A stretch of 64,000 bases of DNA from Mytilus edulis (taxonomy: Eukaryota): NCBI RefSeq assembly GCF_963676685.1, contig NC_092352.1:83514001-83578000 (forward strand). Reading direction: 5' to 3'. Below the pieces are notes generated by a model that did not search any database, was not told the origin of the DNA, and saw only the letters and a program-made list of their open reading frames with translations. The translations under genes were made by a program, and so were the position numbers. The first letter of the stretch is position 1. The number at the start of each line of letters is the position of its first letter. Of the stretch, positions 26,725 to 39,300 are shown piece after piece.

Positions 26725-28431
26725 ATGGCGTTATCAAAAGCCCAGGATATTATTTCTTGTAACTTGTGTGAATTAAAAACTAAATTACAATGGAAGTGTG
26801 TAGACTGTAACTTGCTTATGTGTACTAAGTGTCGTGATAGAATTCATCCAAAGTTTAGAAATGCTAAGGACCACACAATGGTTGATATAAAAGAAGTTGG
26901 GTTGAGTAGAGGTAAGACGAACCCAGATTTTACAGCCGCCAAATGTAAAGTACACTCAATACAATCATGCTGCCTCTTCTGTAGTACCTGTGATGTACTT
27001 GTTTGCCCTGTCTGTATTGCCAAACCTCATGCCGGACACATATTCGTAGAAATAAAGGAGGCATATGACTTTAAGGTTGAAAAACTAAAAACTAGAAAAA
27101 TGAAATTACAAAATGAAGAAAAAGGACTGAATGGTGATGAAAGAAAGCTTGATGTTTTGAAAAGAACAGAAATTTCCAAGGGTATGAAAGTTTTACAAGA
27201 TATTCAATCTCAGAAAGAGGCATTCAACAAATACGCAGACAAGCTTTCTGAAAGAGTACAAGAAAAACTAAAGGTCAGTCAAGATTTCATATCCATAGAA
27301 CAGAAAAAAGCAATGAAATCTAAAACAAAAGTGCAAGAGGAATCCAATAAAGTTCAGGATCTCCTTAATTCAATCGACATAATACAGGTTTTTGAATATA
27401 TTGAAAACGCAGAGAAATCGTTAGAAACTCTCAAACAACCCATTAGCCTTAGTTGTGCCATTATTCCAAGGTTTATACCGCGAATTATTAGCGAATCAGT
27501 TGTTGGTTCACTGATTGAAGAGACCAGCATAGATGAAGTTGAAATGAAAGTGAATAAGCAATTTACCACTAAATTAGAGCATTGTCACTTTTTATCTTGT
27601 TGTTCTGATGGTTCACTCTGGTTGGGTGATAGTAATACGGACATATTCCAGAAAATTAAGCCTGCTGGAGAAAATCTTACAACAATATTTACCACGAAGA
27701 CAATAATAAGAGGTATAGGAATGACTCCCGATGGTGTAATGCTGTTAGCTGATTCAACATCAACGCTGAAAATTATAAATGGAACCACTGGAAGAATCCA
27801 TGATTCAAAATATAGCGTGGATCCATTATTGATAATGTCACTTCATGTAACCAAAGATCACAAAGTTATTGTAGGTGCAATGAGCCCTGGCGAAGTAATA
27901 CCTGTTAAGGGAAGAAGAGTTGTGATTGTAATCGATCAAGATGGGAAGCATAGAACTGTGCATGAGTATGAAAAGAACAAACAGAGATTACTAACGTACC
28001 CACAAAGTGTTACAAGCACTAATAATGGGACTATCTTTGTTGCAGATTATGCTGTTGAAGATAAAATTAACAGCAGAATACTGGCTATTGATGAAAAGGA
28101 AAGTGTAATAGGAACGTACAATGGGCTACCAGATATCAATACAGTAAAAGATCCGTTTCAACCTGTTTGCTTAACAAGATCGCCATCCGACAAAGTTATA
28201 ATATCGGATTTTAATCTTGGTATAATTCACATCCTTGACAACTCATGTAACTTGTTGTCATACTTTAAAACAACAGAAATAGGAATAGACTATCCACATT
28301 CCACAACTTTTAAAAACACAAAAATCTTCTATATCGGATGCGGTCGATGTACAAGTAGCACTACTAACTTTATGAGATTGAATATTCTGGTTTATAGGTA
28401 TCTTTTTTACAAACATTGCCAGTATGTTTAA
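26725..28431 (+). CDS. RING-less TRIM-like protein copy 2, with a frameshifted C terminus
   Basis: Colinear with copy 1. The conserved LYEIEYSG(L)* tail is present in another frame at 28368-28397. Confidence 0.85.
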   Translation: MALSKAQDIISCNLCELKTKLQWKCVDCNLLMCTKCRDRIHPKFRNAKDHTMVDIKEVGLSRGKTNPDFTAAKCKVHSIQSCCLFCSTCDVLVCPVCIAKPHAGHIFVEIKEAYDFKVEKLKTRKMKLQNEEKGLNGDERKLDVLKRTEISKGMKVLQDIQSQKEAFNKYADKLSERVQEKLKVSQDFISIEQKKAMKSKTKVQEESNKVQDLLNSIDIIQVFEYIENAEKSLETLKQPISLSCAIIPRFIPRIISESVVGSLIEETSIDEVEMKVNKQFTTKLEHCHFLSCCSDGSLWLGDSNTDIFQKIKPAGENLTTIFTTKTIIRGIGMTPDGVMLLADSTSTLKIINGTTGRIHDSKYSVDPLLIMSLHVTKDHKVIVGAMSPGEVIPVKGRRVVIVIDQDGKHRTVHEYEKNKQRLLTYPQSVTSTNNGTIFVADYAVEDKINSRILAIDEKESVIGTYNGLPDINTVKDPFQPVCLTRSPSDKVIISDFNLGIIHILDNSCNLLSYFKTTEIGIDYPHSTTFKNTKIFYIGCGRCTSSTTNFMRLNILVYRYLFYKHCQYV

Positions 28432-28942
28432 TTTAAAAATTTCATAATAATCCTTTTTTTATATAGATGATGTCATTGGTTTCGGCTTACTATAGAGATT
28501 TTTACTTTAATTACACTTTATGTAAGAACCCTGGATTTTTATTGGTCGATAGCCAGTGTATTTTCACCAATTTACTGTATCAAAAGAATATGCCTTTTTT
28601 ACCCTCTCTGCCGTGGTATTTGCCAAAAAGTACACTATCCGACTGGTCGCTTGTAACGTCACAATCATCAATGCGTTTTTGAACATTAACATTCGGTGTA
28701 ATTAAACAGATATAGCATGTTCTTGAGGGATATTTGCGAAAAATACCCCTCCTTAACATGCTATATCTGTTTAAGATGCTATGATGAAAGGATAAAATAT
28801 CCAGCTATAATAATATTGGTTATATTCCCCCAATTATGTCTGTTGTGATGAAAACTGCATGAATCAAAATTAAATGTTATTGTCTTTTGGGATTCTATTT
28901 CAGATTAACATAATCAGAATAATGGAAAATAATTAAGCAATT

Positions 28943-29335
28943 TGGTGTGTAAAATTATAAACCTGGTACCTTTCATAATTATTTACACCACTGGGTCGAT
29001 GCCACTGCTAGTGGACGTTTCGTCCCCGACGATTTCACCAGCCCAGTAGTCAGCATTTTGGTGTTGAGATGAATATGAATTGGATGGTAGTTTTTATGAG
29101 TTTTCTGTCCGTAAAAGTATGAATTATTCGAAATACTCAGGATTTTCTTAACCCAGGCATAGATTACCTTAGCCGTGTTTGGCACAACCTTTTGGAATTT
29201 TGGGTTCTGCATGCTGAATTTTGTACTTTTTTGGCTTTATAACTATTTTGATCTGAGCGTCACTGATGAGTCATATGAAGACGAAACACGCGACTGGCGT
29301 ATGAAATTATAAGCCTGGTACCTTCGATAACTATT
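28943..29335 (+). mobile_element. Retrozyme (hammerhead-containing non-autonomous retroelement): 352-bp monomer plus terminal redundancy
   Basis: Direct repeat AAATTATAARCCTGGTACCTT at 28952 and 29304. Type I hammerhead at 29257-29300 with the cleavage triplet mutated GTC>GAC. Confidence 0.78.
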
Positions 29336-32300
29336 AATTTCTGAGATATATTTGAAATAATTCAACCAAAACTTATCACTATAAGATACATATTGCAGTA
29401 CCTTTCAGCAACTCTTTGATATTAATCCTGCAAATGAAAAAAATATTGGAAACATGCGCATCCTTCTATGCAATCAATGATTTTCAACTCATGAGTGGAA
29501 AATAAACTGACAACGCCATGGCTAAAAAAAAAAGACAAACAAACAAACACAAGTGCATGAAAAGCCTCAGCAACACAAACCCCTTGTGAATTTAGCTCTT
29601 CCTGGAGTGTAAGCAGATCCTTCTCTACATGTGGCACCCGTAGTGTTGCTCATGTTATTGTAAACCTGGTTAAAAACAAGTCTGCGTGCTTAAGACTCGA
29701 GCCCTTTCAAACTGATTTATAACTTGTTCTTATGTGTGCTGGTGAGTGAAAGATTGAGCACTCTAACACAATATCTTCTATTTGTCTGTTCCATGCCAGA
29801 ATTGTTTAATTCAGTGAGTTCCATTAGATGGTGTCTGCTTTGTTTGTTTTTCATTTACTTCTTTTAAGCAAAATACCTGGTTGTTTCTCTTTAAATCCTT
29901 TTACATTTTGTCGTGTCGTCATGTAAGAGACGTTTATACTGACTATCTTTGAACGCATAACGTTTTTTTAATTTTTTTTATAATTATATAGTTTTCATCA
30001 TTCGACATGAAATGGGATTTTTTTTTATTAATGACACTCATACTAAATCTCCTTATCCTCTTACTTTTCGTACAAACAGTTCTATCCCCACCAATTTTGT
30101 TAAGTACAAGCAGTTAAAGTGACAGGTTCATATGAATTGTTAAACACAAAGGTATGAATAAAAGAGCATCCGATACCAATATCAATGAAACAGACGAGAG
30201 TAGAACTGGATGAAGGCAAAAAAGTTACAAAATATATGAATTTGACTAGTCAAACCTCAGAAAAATAAATGAGTCATGAAATGTATATCCCATATGCCGA
30301 TGAAGTTGACACTTAGGTGGGGGAAATTGATAATTTCAAAATTAAAACGTCTCGTATGTCATAGATTCTAGATCTGAGATGACCGCTTGTGTCAAATTCG
30401 AGGTTTAAGTTTTAAAACTAGGCAAAGGAAGCCGTGCCTGTTGTTTCTTTAATTTCTATGTCTGGAGAATATATTAATGTAAATCAGAAAGAGAGACAGA
30501 GAGAAGGCGAAGAGGAAGAGCATTATCTACATTATCACCAAATAGTTTTCCTTACAATGTATACGATAAACATCAACTTGAAAATCGATGAAAAAGTCTT
30601 TGACAGTTTTTTTTAATATGACGACAAAGTTCATGATGAGTAATGATATATAGACACGTATGAATATTTCAATATCAAAACATATGTTGATTTAAGTACA
30701 AGTGGTTAACGTTTTACTAACAACACTAACATTTCATCTACGTATACGTCTTATCAGTACATAAGTAGCTTTGAAATGAAATAAGTTGACAAAGTTCAAT
30801 ATATCATTATCACGAATTAAAGACAAAACAAAAATGAAAATTCATTGAATGCGACTTGTTGGTGCGTAATAGGTAGGAATGACAGCATTGCCAGGGACTC
30901 ATACTGGAGTAATCAGATCAAAATGTCGCGAGTACAACCAATCCTCGGATAAAACCAGAAATTATAGTCGAAATTGTAAAAGTGTTTTATGTGGTAACCT
31001 TTATACTATCTCGATGATTATTTTTAGAGCAATACAAATACTTTTAAAAGTAGATAAACTGTAGTTAAATGCATTATTTATCTTACACAACTATTAAATG
31101 TCAATCACTGCGTACATATCGTGCTAGATTAAAGAAAGTCAAACAATTAGGCAAGTGATACTTATAACAAGGGCTGTTGATGCCGGAATAATGTTATGCA
31201 TACTCAAAATGGTAATACGATGTTCTCCATTATATGAGAATCGAAAACGAAGTAAGGTAATTGAAGTAGCAGCTCAGAAATTTGTTTCTGTGTTAGGGAT
31301 CGAATTGGTACTACCAAATAATTAGAAAAGACCCCATACATTATCATTGCTTCTCTTAATTAAATGTTCTGATGACTATTTGAAGCATGTCAACTTAATG
31401 AAAATAACTTTGTGAAGCTAAGATTAACCCTACACCTTATCATACCCATGCCATATAGTTAAACTAGGTATTTATCATTTGAAACTCTCGTTTGGCGTAT
31501 TAAATTATAAGCCTGGTACCTTTAATTATAATGTTCCTCACTGTTAATATCTATCAATGGAGTAAAAAAATAAAAACAGAACATAGTAATGTTAAAGCAA
31601 TTAATTATACAATACCAGTATATAAGACATCAAAACAAAGAGTTCGATAGGAAAAGATTACTATCAATTCGCATCTTAAATGTCATATAGAAACACATAT
31701 GATAAATGTTTTAGAAAATACGCAAAAACAACACACACTGTCCTCGTTTCAAAATCATATTAGGTCTTCTATGGTGGTTTAGATCCATCTGGCTTTTTCT
31801 ATAGATTTTTAAACTGCTAATAACATTTGATGGACTTTTTTCTATGTAAATGATTTCAAAATAACCAAATATTTGAAAAAGAATTTCATGCTTGTTCGCA
31901 CCTTTCTCCATAATAGAAAACAGGAGTAAATCTTTAAGAATGTGAGAAACTGGCAACAGCACAGAAGCTAAAGGAATAAATGTAGAAGGGACAAGACGCT
32001 GTGAGAAAGGTATGCGCATCATCAGCATTATAAGTAATAGTAGTTCTTACAGTGTCGACAAGAAGATTAAAGATTCTATAAATTATAATATAAAGAAGGA
32101 TGACAGATGCAAGGTATACACAAAATGATGATTTTTGCTTTTGGAAGAAACTCAGGAATAGTAATTAAAAAAACCCAAACTATTGAAAATCATTTGAATA
32201 ATTTGCAGAATGGCAAATATGACAACGGTCCTGATAATTATAATATATTGACAAATATTTATTCCAAAAGATATATTGATTTTTGTACTATTGTTAACCT

Positions 32301-33885
32301 ATCAACAGTAAAATTTTATATACGTTTATGTCTTATCAGAAAATTAGTGACTGTAAAAGGAAATACCGCAATTGTGTACAAATTATGTGACAAATTTAAA
32401 TAATAATATGTAGAGAAAGCATATGTTTAAAGCAATTAACTTCAGGACTATTTTATCATATTTAAAGCCCTAAATTTGACGATCAAAGACTCACAATTTT
32501 GAAAATGCGAGTTACTTTTCCATCCCAAATTCATTTATTTAGTTTTGATGTTATATTTGATATTGTCATCGGATTTTGTCAAATGTCTTAACGTTTGTAG
32601 TTATACAGCTTATTTTTTTTCAGTTGTATTCGTGTGTTATGGTAAAGATAATTGATCATCCAGCTCATTTATTAGATTTTAGTTTGGATCAATGAAATTT
32701 ACACTATTTATTTGATTTATAGTTTGATTCAAAAGCCCACCGACATAGCTAAATAATACAATTAGTTAACTTACTATTACTACAATTTGATACTTATTAG
32801 TATTGTAATTTTAACTGTTAATAATCAACGTTAGATAAGTCATACAAATCTAATCTTGAACTTCATCTAAATTCTTGCTAAATTTTGGGAACTCGTTTAA
32901 AAAATTCAAACGTGACGTCACTTTGATCGTAACACTAATTATAGCTAACAAGGCTGTGAGTTATTGATCTGTTTTTGTTCTGCAGCTAGTCACCACTTCA
33001 GTTTAATCATGTATATCTATTATATAGTTATTTTATAAAATTTACTGTTTGCTAAAGTATGTATTATACTAAATTTTAAATAATATTAAAGGATGTTCTT
33101 GTCCCAGGTGTATAACCCTAGCCGTATTGGTCACAACTTTTTGGAACTTTTGATCCTCATTGCTTTTTCCGACGTAGTCGGTATAGTTTCGGTTTGTGCC
33201 CTTTGAACTTAAGGACGTTTAACTATGGCAACAGAATACGCATGCTCGAAAAACCTTTCTGTGATTGGAAAAAATGCTGTCATGGTGGGTGATTTGGTTG
33301 TGTTTGAAAAAACGTCTCGTTAATTATATCGTGATGGAAAGCAAGTGAAAAACTATAAATATTTGACTAGATCTTACAAAGATTTATATTTTTCTTAAAA
33401 TATATAATTGTTTCTCCAATAGCTCTTTGCATCCGTGACAGCTGTTTATTCCAGACAATTATATAATTTTTAATGTAAACTTTGTTGTACGAACGTACAT
33501 GACTTTTAGAACGCACCTACGCATGTGAGATTTCCGCGGGGTTTTGGTGAATGTAAACAGAAAGATACGAGGACCGACAATACTGAACACAAACAGAGAA
33601 AACGTTATTTAAATGGTATCTTTGTGCTTCTGAAGGTTATCGAAATGATAGTTTTAAACATATACTCAAATTCAAATACGTCGGATATCTTTTTTAAAGA
33701 TAGTTCTTGTTAGCTTTGTACTTGTTTTGGCTTTTAGACTTTTTTCGTCTGGGCGTCGCTGGTTGGTCTTGTGTGGACGTGGCGCGCGTATTTATAACCA
33801 GGTACCTTTTTTTTTGCTATTAATCGTTTGTTTCACTGTCCTATATTTTCTCCCATTTATTTGTATTGTTGTCCTGTCATGTAAT

Positions 33886-34475
33886 ATAAAAATGAAGATG
33901 TGGTATGATTGCCAATGAGACAACTATCCACAAAAGACCAAAATGACACAGACATTAACAACTAAAGGTCACCGTACGGCCTTCAACAATGAGCAAAGCC
34001 AATACCGCATAGTCAGCTATAATAGGCCCCGATAAGACAATGTAAAACAATTCAAACGAGAAAACTAACTATTTATGTAAAAAAAATTAACGAAAAACAA
34101 ATATGTAACATATAAACAAACGACAACCACTGAATTACAGGCTCCTGACTTGGGACAGGCACTTACATAAATTATGTGACGGGATTAAACATGTTAGCGG
34201 GATCCCAACCCTCCCCCTAACCTGGGACAGTGGTATAACAGTACAACTTAAGAACGAAATATAAAAATCAGTTGAAAAAGGCTAAACTCATCAAATGGAC
34301 AAAAATACAAGTAGATGTGGCCGGGTACTTATACATCCCGACACATAAAGACACAATGAACAGATCTGAGAGTAGTTCAAAGCCACCAACAACTAATAAA
34401 AAAAATCATGCATCTAAGACTAAACTATCAATCCGTACTCATCCAACATCCAATGGATTTATAGTAAAGACGTCA
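33886..34475 (-). mobile_element. Bivalve SINE-like element; related copies at ~8310-8490, 10900-11185, 15990-16195, 24008-24230, 35810-36262, 46790-47100, 50040-50355, 55140-56151
   Basis: Shared core GTGCCTGTCCCAAGTCAGGAGCC and 3' part TTGAAGGCCGTAC..GGATGGAGAGTTGTCTCATTGGCA..CATACCACATCTTC. Confidence 0.7.
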
Positions 34476-35134
34476 TTGTCATTTTAATGTTATAATTAAC
34501 ATTGACATTTAAGCGGGAGGTTTGACATGCCACAAAACCAGGTACAACTACTCAACATTTGTATCTTAAAATGCCCTGTACCAAGTTAGGAAAATGGCCA
34601 TTGTTATATGATAGTTCGTTTCTGTGTGTGTTACATTTTAATGTTGTGTTTCCGTTTCGGGATATTATTTCTAGTTATGTTTTTGTTTAAGAGAAAAACA
34701 TAAGTTAAAATACATAGAGTGTGAATGAATTGTTTGTTAGTGTCTACTGTAAAATAATGTTGATATTTTGTAAATCAATACTTGAGAAACTGTTCAAAGT
34801 ACACACATAGTCTGATAATATCGGATATGTAGTTTCTAGTGAGATTTTTTTTTATTAAACCCTCATTGCATATTCATATTTAATTGTATAAGTGAGGCGA
34901 AAGATACAAGAGGGACAATTAAACTCAAAAATAAAAATAAAACTGACAAAGCAATGGCTAAAACGTAAAAGACAAACAGACAAATAAAAGTACACAAGTA
35001 ACAACAAAGAAAACTAAAGACTAAGCAACACGAACCCAACCAAAAACTAGGGGTGATCTCTAGTGCTCCAGAAGAGTGAACAGATCCTGCTACACATGTG
35101 GAATCCGTCGTAAGGAATACAAATAATGAATTAA

Positions 35135-35754
35135 GGGCATACGATACAGTTTTGATCCTGTATTTATAAGTTCGTGAAAATTTGCACATAGGCTATTTTT
35201 TACCTGATTAATTCAAATATGTAATAAAAAATATACCTTCATGTGCTACTTTTTGAGTAAAATGAGGTCGAAATTTTGTATATTTGCTCAAAATTCAGAT
35301 TTGTGGTCGTAATTTCTTTTTCGAAAGAAAGACATAACTTTTTTGTTATATAAGATAAACACAAATTGTTTTTTGTTAAATAATCGGTAATTTCTGTATT
35401 TTATAACTATCCTAAAAAATTATGCATTTTTAATTCAGAAATAACTCATATTTATCAAATGTTCATGAATTGAGGAAAATACGTCATTTTTTGCTGCATG
35501 TTTATCAAAATTAAAAAAAAAACCTCTATTTACAGTTTTATAAAATTTGGGTCACATAATCTCCCTGCAAAATTAAACAAATTGCTGTTTTGAAAAATAG
35601 GGGTCCATGAACTCGTTTTCAAATTAAATCAGTTTAAATGATAAAAATCAGTCGAAAAATTCATCTTTTCCCGATATGTCACAGTTTGACGTCGCGAAAA
35701 TAACATTTTACGTTAGCAACGTCATTACCTCCCCTGTAACTGTATCGTATGCCC
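35135..35754. mobile_element. Kolobok-type MITE (TTAA TSD, purine-purine ends)
   Basis: 17-bp TIR GGGCATACGATACAGTT / AACTGTATCGTATGCCC flanked by TTAA. Confidence 0.78.
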
Positions 35755-36329
35755 TTAAGAAAAGACGAGATGGTCAACTTTACAAAAGGTATAATACAAA
35801 CAATAGAGATTAGACAGTTTGTTTTCCCGTTTGAATAGTTTTAAATTACTAATTTTTGGAGCCCTTTATATAAGAGGAACGAAAGATACCAGAGGGACAG
35901 TCAAACTCATAAATCGAAAATAAACTGACAACACCATGGCTAAAAATTAAAAGGACAAACAGACAAACATGCAATAGTAAACATGACACAACATAGAAAA
36001 CTAAAAAATAAACAACACGAACCCCAGGGGTGATCTGAGGTGCTCCAGAAGGGTAAGCAGATCCTGCTCCACATGTGGCACCCGTCGTGTTGCTTATGAG
36101 AAAAAAATCCGGTAAATAGTCTAATTCGGTAGGTTATAGCTTGCTGTGAGCCAAGGCTCCGTGTTGAAGGCCGTACCTTGACCTATAATAGTTTACTTTT
36201 ATAAATTGTTATTTGGATGGAGAGTTGTTTCATTGGCACTCATACCACATCTTCCTATATATAATAATTAAATAACTCACCTTTATATGAATGGTTTTCT
36301 TTGGTTGTCAATGCAAAATAGAGGGGGAA

Positions 36330-39300
36330 GATACCAAATGGATATTCAGTACAAAGTATCATGAATAAAAGGAGTTATGGGTCAAATAGATAGCAACGAC
36401 ACCATAATCCAAAGCGAATTCGGACGGTCAACATGCAGTTATCATGGACACAGTGTCGTCTGATACGACAGGTGTCCCCCCATCACCAGACATGAAAAAA
36501 ATCCCAAATATAATCATAATTGTAGTGAAAATATCAATACATTATACACAGCCATTTTCAGTTCTCCTTAAAGACACTTTTGATTTTGATGACTCTGAAC
36601 AACACTGTCTCATCTAGAAATGTGAAGCCAATAGATGCAATACTTGTGGAATTCCAATAACAGATGCTCAGTTCACAAGCAATTCAACTAAAAGGTCTTC
36701 TTTTACCAGACGTAACGATTATCCGAATTGTAAATCTATAAATGTCGTCTTCGGATCAGAGTGTGACCTTTGCGGATTGTTGTTCGTCGGTGAAACGAAA
36801 GTAAGACTAACCAAACGTATATGCGGCCATAGACATCAACCACAATGCAAGCGACATTCTTTACCAGTATTTTAAATAATGTAGCTTTATTATTCTATCG
36901 TTTCTATGAAAGTTTGCATTACCAAAAAAAATATATCACAGGACTAACAATCCTCACCTTGCAATGCCTCTCCGTAGACCAATACATAGGACTACTTAAT
37001 TTGACAATTGGGTACTACGACACCATATGAGTGCATAGACAAAATTTATGGTATAGATATTCTATATCGTCCTTCCTGTAGCTCGGGGAATTTGGTGAAT
37101 ATTTTCAACTCTACTCTTCAACGTAGACTCAGTAATGATCATAGTCATTATACATTACCAACTCTGCAAAATGTTTCTCATGAATTACTTGCTGCCATTT
37201 ATACAATGGCCGTTAGCTATAGATATTCATAACAATCGCACGAATCTTTATTCATTACCCCTTTCAAAACTCCATGTTCTGTTTTATTTATGTATGAAAC
37301 CCACTGTTCAACCCCTCTTTCAAATAAATACAAACTTACATCTATCATTTCGAATATTGCAAGTCACAGACTTTTCAAACAAGTTCACATTAGAAAAGAT
37401 GAAACATAGAAAATATATTTTCTTAAACTTTCCTTTGCCAACAAAGGTCTCGATGGTGTCAAATTGGGCAATATCCTCCATTATAAATTATTTCTATCGA
37501 AAATACCTCCCTATTTTAAAGATCAGTCTGAACCAATCATTTCTTATACCTTTATCAAACCAATTGCAACTGAAACTTTCAATAATAAACAGGATCTCAA
37601 TATTGACGACTTCTTGACAAAAGTTCCCTGATTTCACCTGTGCTAGTTTCAAATTCAAATATAATCTGGTTGGTCACGTTATTACCGGGACCTTAATATT
37701 GTAAATAACACTGCCCTACGAACTGTGCTATCCGAAGGTCCGAAATATCGTCAGCATAAATCCGTCAATTGGAAACACAAGTTAAAAATACTGAAAAAAG
37801 TAAAATCATAAAACTACTGAACTCCGAGGAAAATTCAAAACGGAAAGTCCTGAATGCAATGGGAAAATCAAATGATAAAACACAGCAAACGAATGGACAA
37901 CAACTGTCATATTCCTGACTTGGTATAGGCATTTGAAAATGTAGAAAATGATGGATTGAACCTGGGTTTTTATAGCTCTAAACATCTCACTTGTATGGCA
38001 GGCGCATCAAATACCATTATATTTACAACGATGCGTGAACAAAACAGACATACTAGTTAAAATGGTCAAAATAGGGATAAAGCTGGATTCAGTCGAGGAT
38101 TATGCCAGGAAATGGGCTATTAAAACGCGAGAAAGAAGACGTATATATTCTTTCCACATGGATTAAGGCTGTGAGGTCGTTGATACAAATCAGAGTTAAG
38201 AAACTGAATGAATATATCAATATCCATGCTACGTCATGCAATTTTTAAATACTCTCATGTTGCAAAACACTTGTCCTACCTCCATGACAAATAGGTTGTT
38301 GTCCCCGCAGACAACATTGTTTTTGTGTTTAAATCTCATTACATAAACTGCTCGATGAATGAATTAGGTATTGCCAATTCACTTGGAAACTCAACATATA
38401 CCCCACGACACTTACAAAAGAGGAAATCCAGGATAATCATAGGACTGTTCTGTGTTCCTTTGGAATTTTAACCAAAGATGAAGAACTGGATCTTCCATCT
38501 CTGTATTGGTTACCTAAACTACATAAGTAACAATACAACAGTATACTAGTACTGATGGGTCTTCCAAGTGCTCAACGAAACTTCTTTCTAAATTATTAAG
38601 ATATATTTTATCAGCAATGAAAGCCGGTCTTCAAAGTTATTGTTATTGTGAAACATCCTTTCTATACTACAAATTCCGAAGAACTTTTATAGTACTAGTT
38701 AATACAATCTGAGACTTTCAGTATTAAAACATTTGTCTTTTCTACACTTTACACAAGTATTTCCCATTCAAAACTAACAGACAAATTGAAATAGTTGGCA
38801 TTGCGTTGTTTATTAAAAAGAATGACAACTTAGATGCACGTATCTTGTCTTAGGGAGGGATAAGTACTAGTTTGTAAAAATATCACACTGATTCAAACAA
38901 AACAAATTTCTGAAACTGATATTATCAAGATGCTAGATTTCTTGATTGACAACATATTTGTTACGTTTGAAGGACGTCTTTTCAACAAACGATCGGCATT
39001 CCCATGGGAACCAATTGTGTCCCTTTTCTTTCCGACTTGTTCCTTTATTCTTATGAGGCTGAATTTCTAAGAAAGAAAGAAAAGAAGTTAGCAATATCAT
39101 TTAACTTAACTATCCGCTATATAGATGATGTTTTTCTCTCATTAAATAATTCAAATGTTGTGACTATGTTGAACGCATCTATCCAATCGAATTAGAACAG
39201 ATACAGTTAATCCTGCCTTATATCTTAACTCACATCTAGAAATTCACAATGATAGTCGGTTGATAACAAAACTGTACGACATAAGAGATGATGGTAGCTT

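Noticed and set aside
30800-32400. Possible decayed protein-coding sequence between TRIM copies 2 and 3
   Set aside because: Somewhat coding-like composition, but no recognisable motif or consistent frame. It would need BLASTX.
33168-33685. Possible TIR element (TCCGACGTA / TACGTCGGA)
   Set aside because: Only a 9-bp inverted match and no clear TSD. It is an insertion of some kind but cannot be classified.
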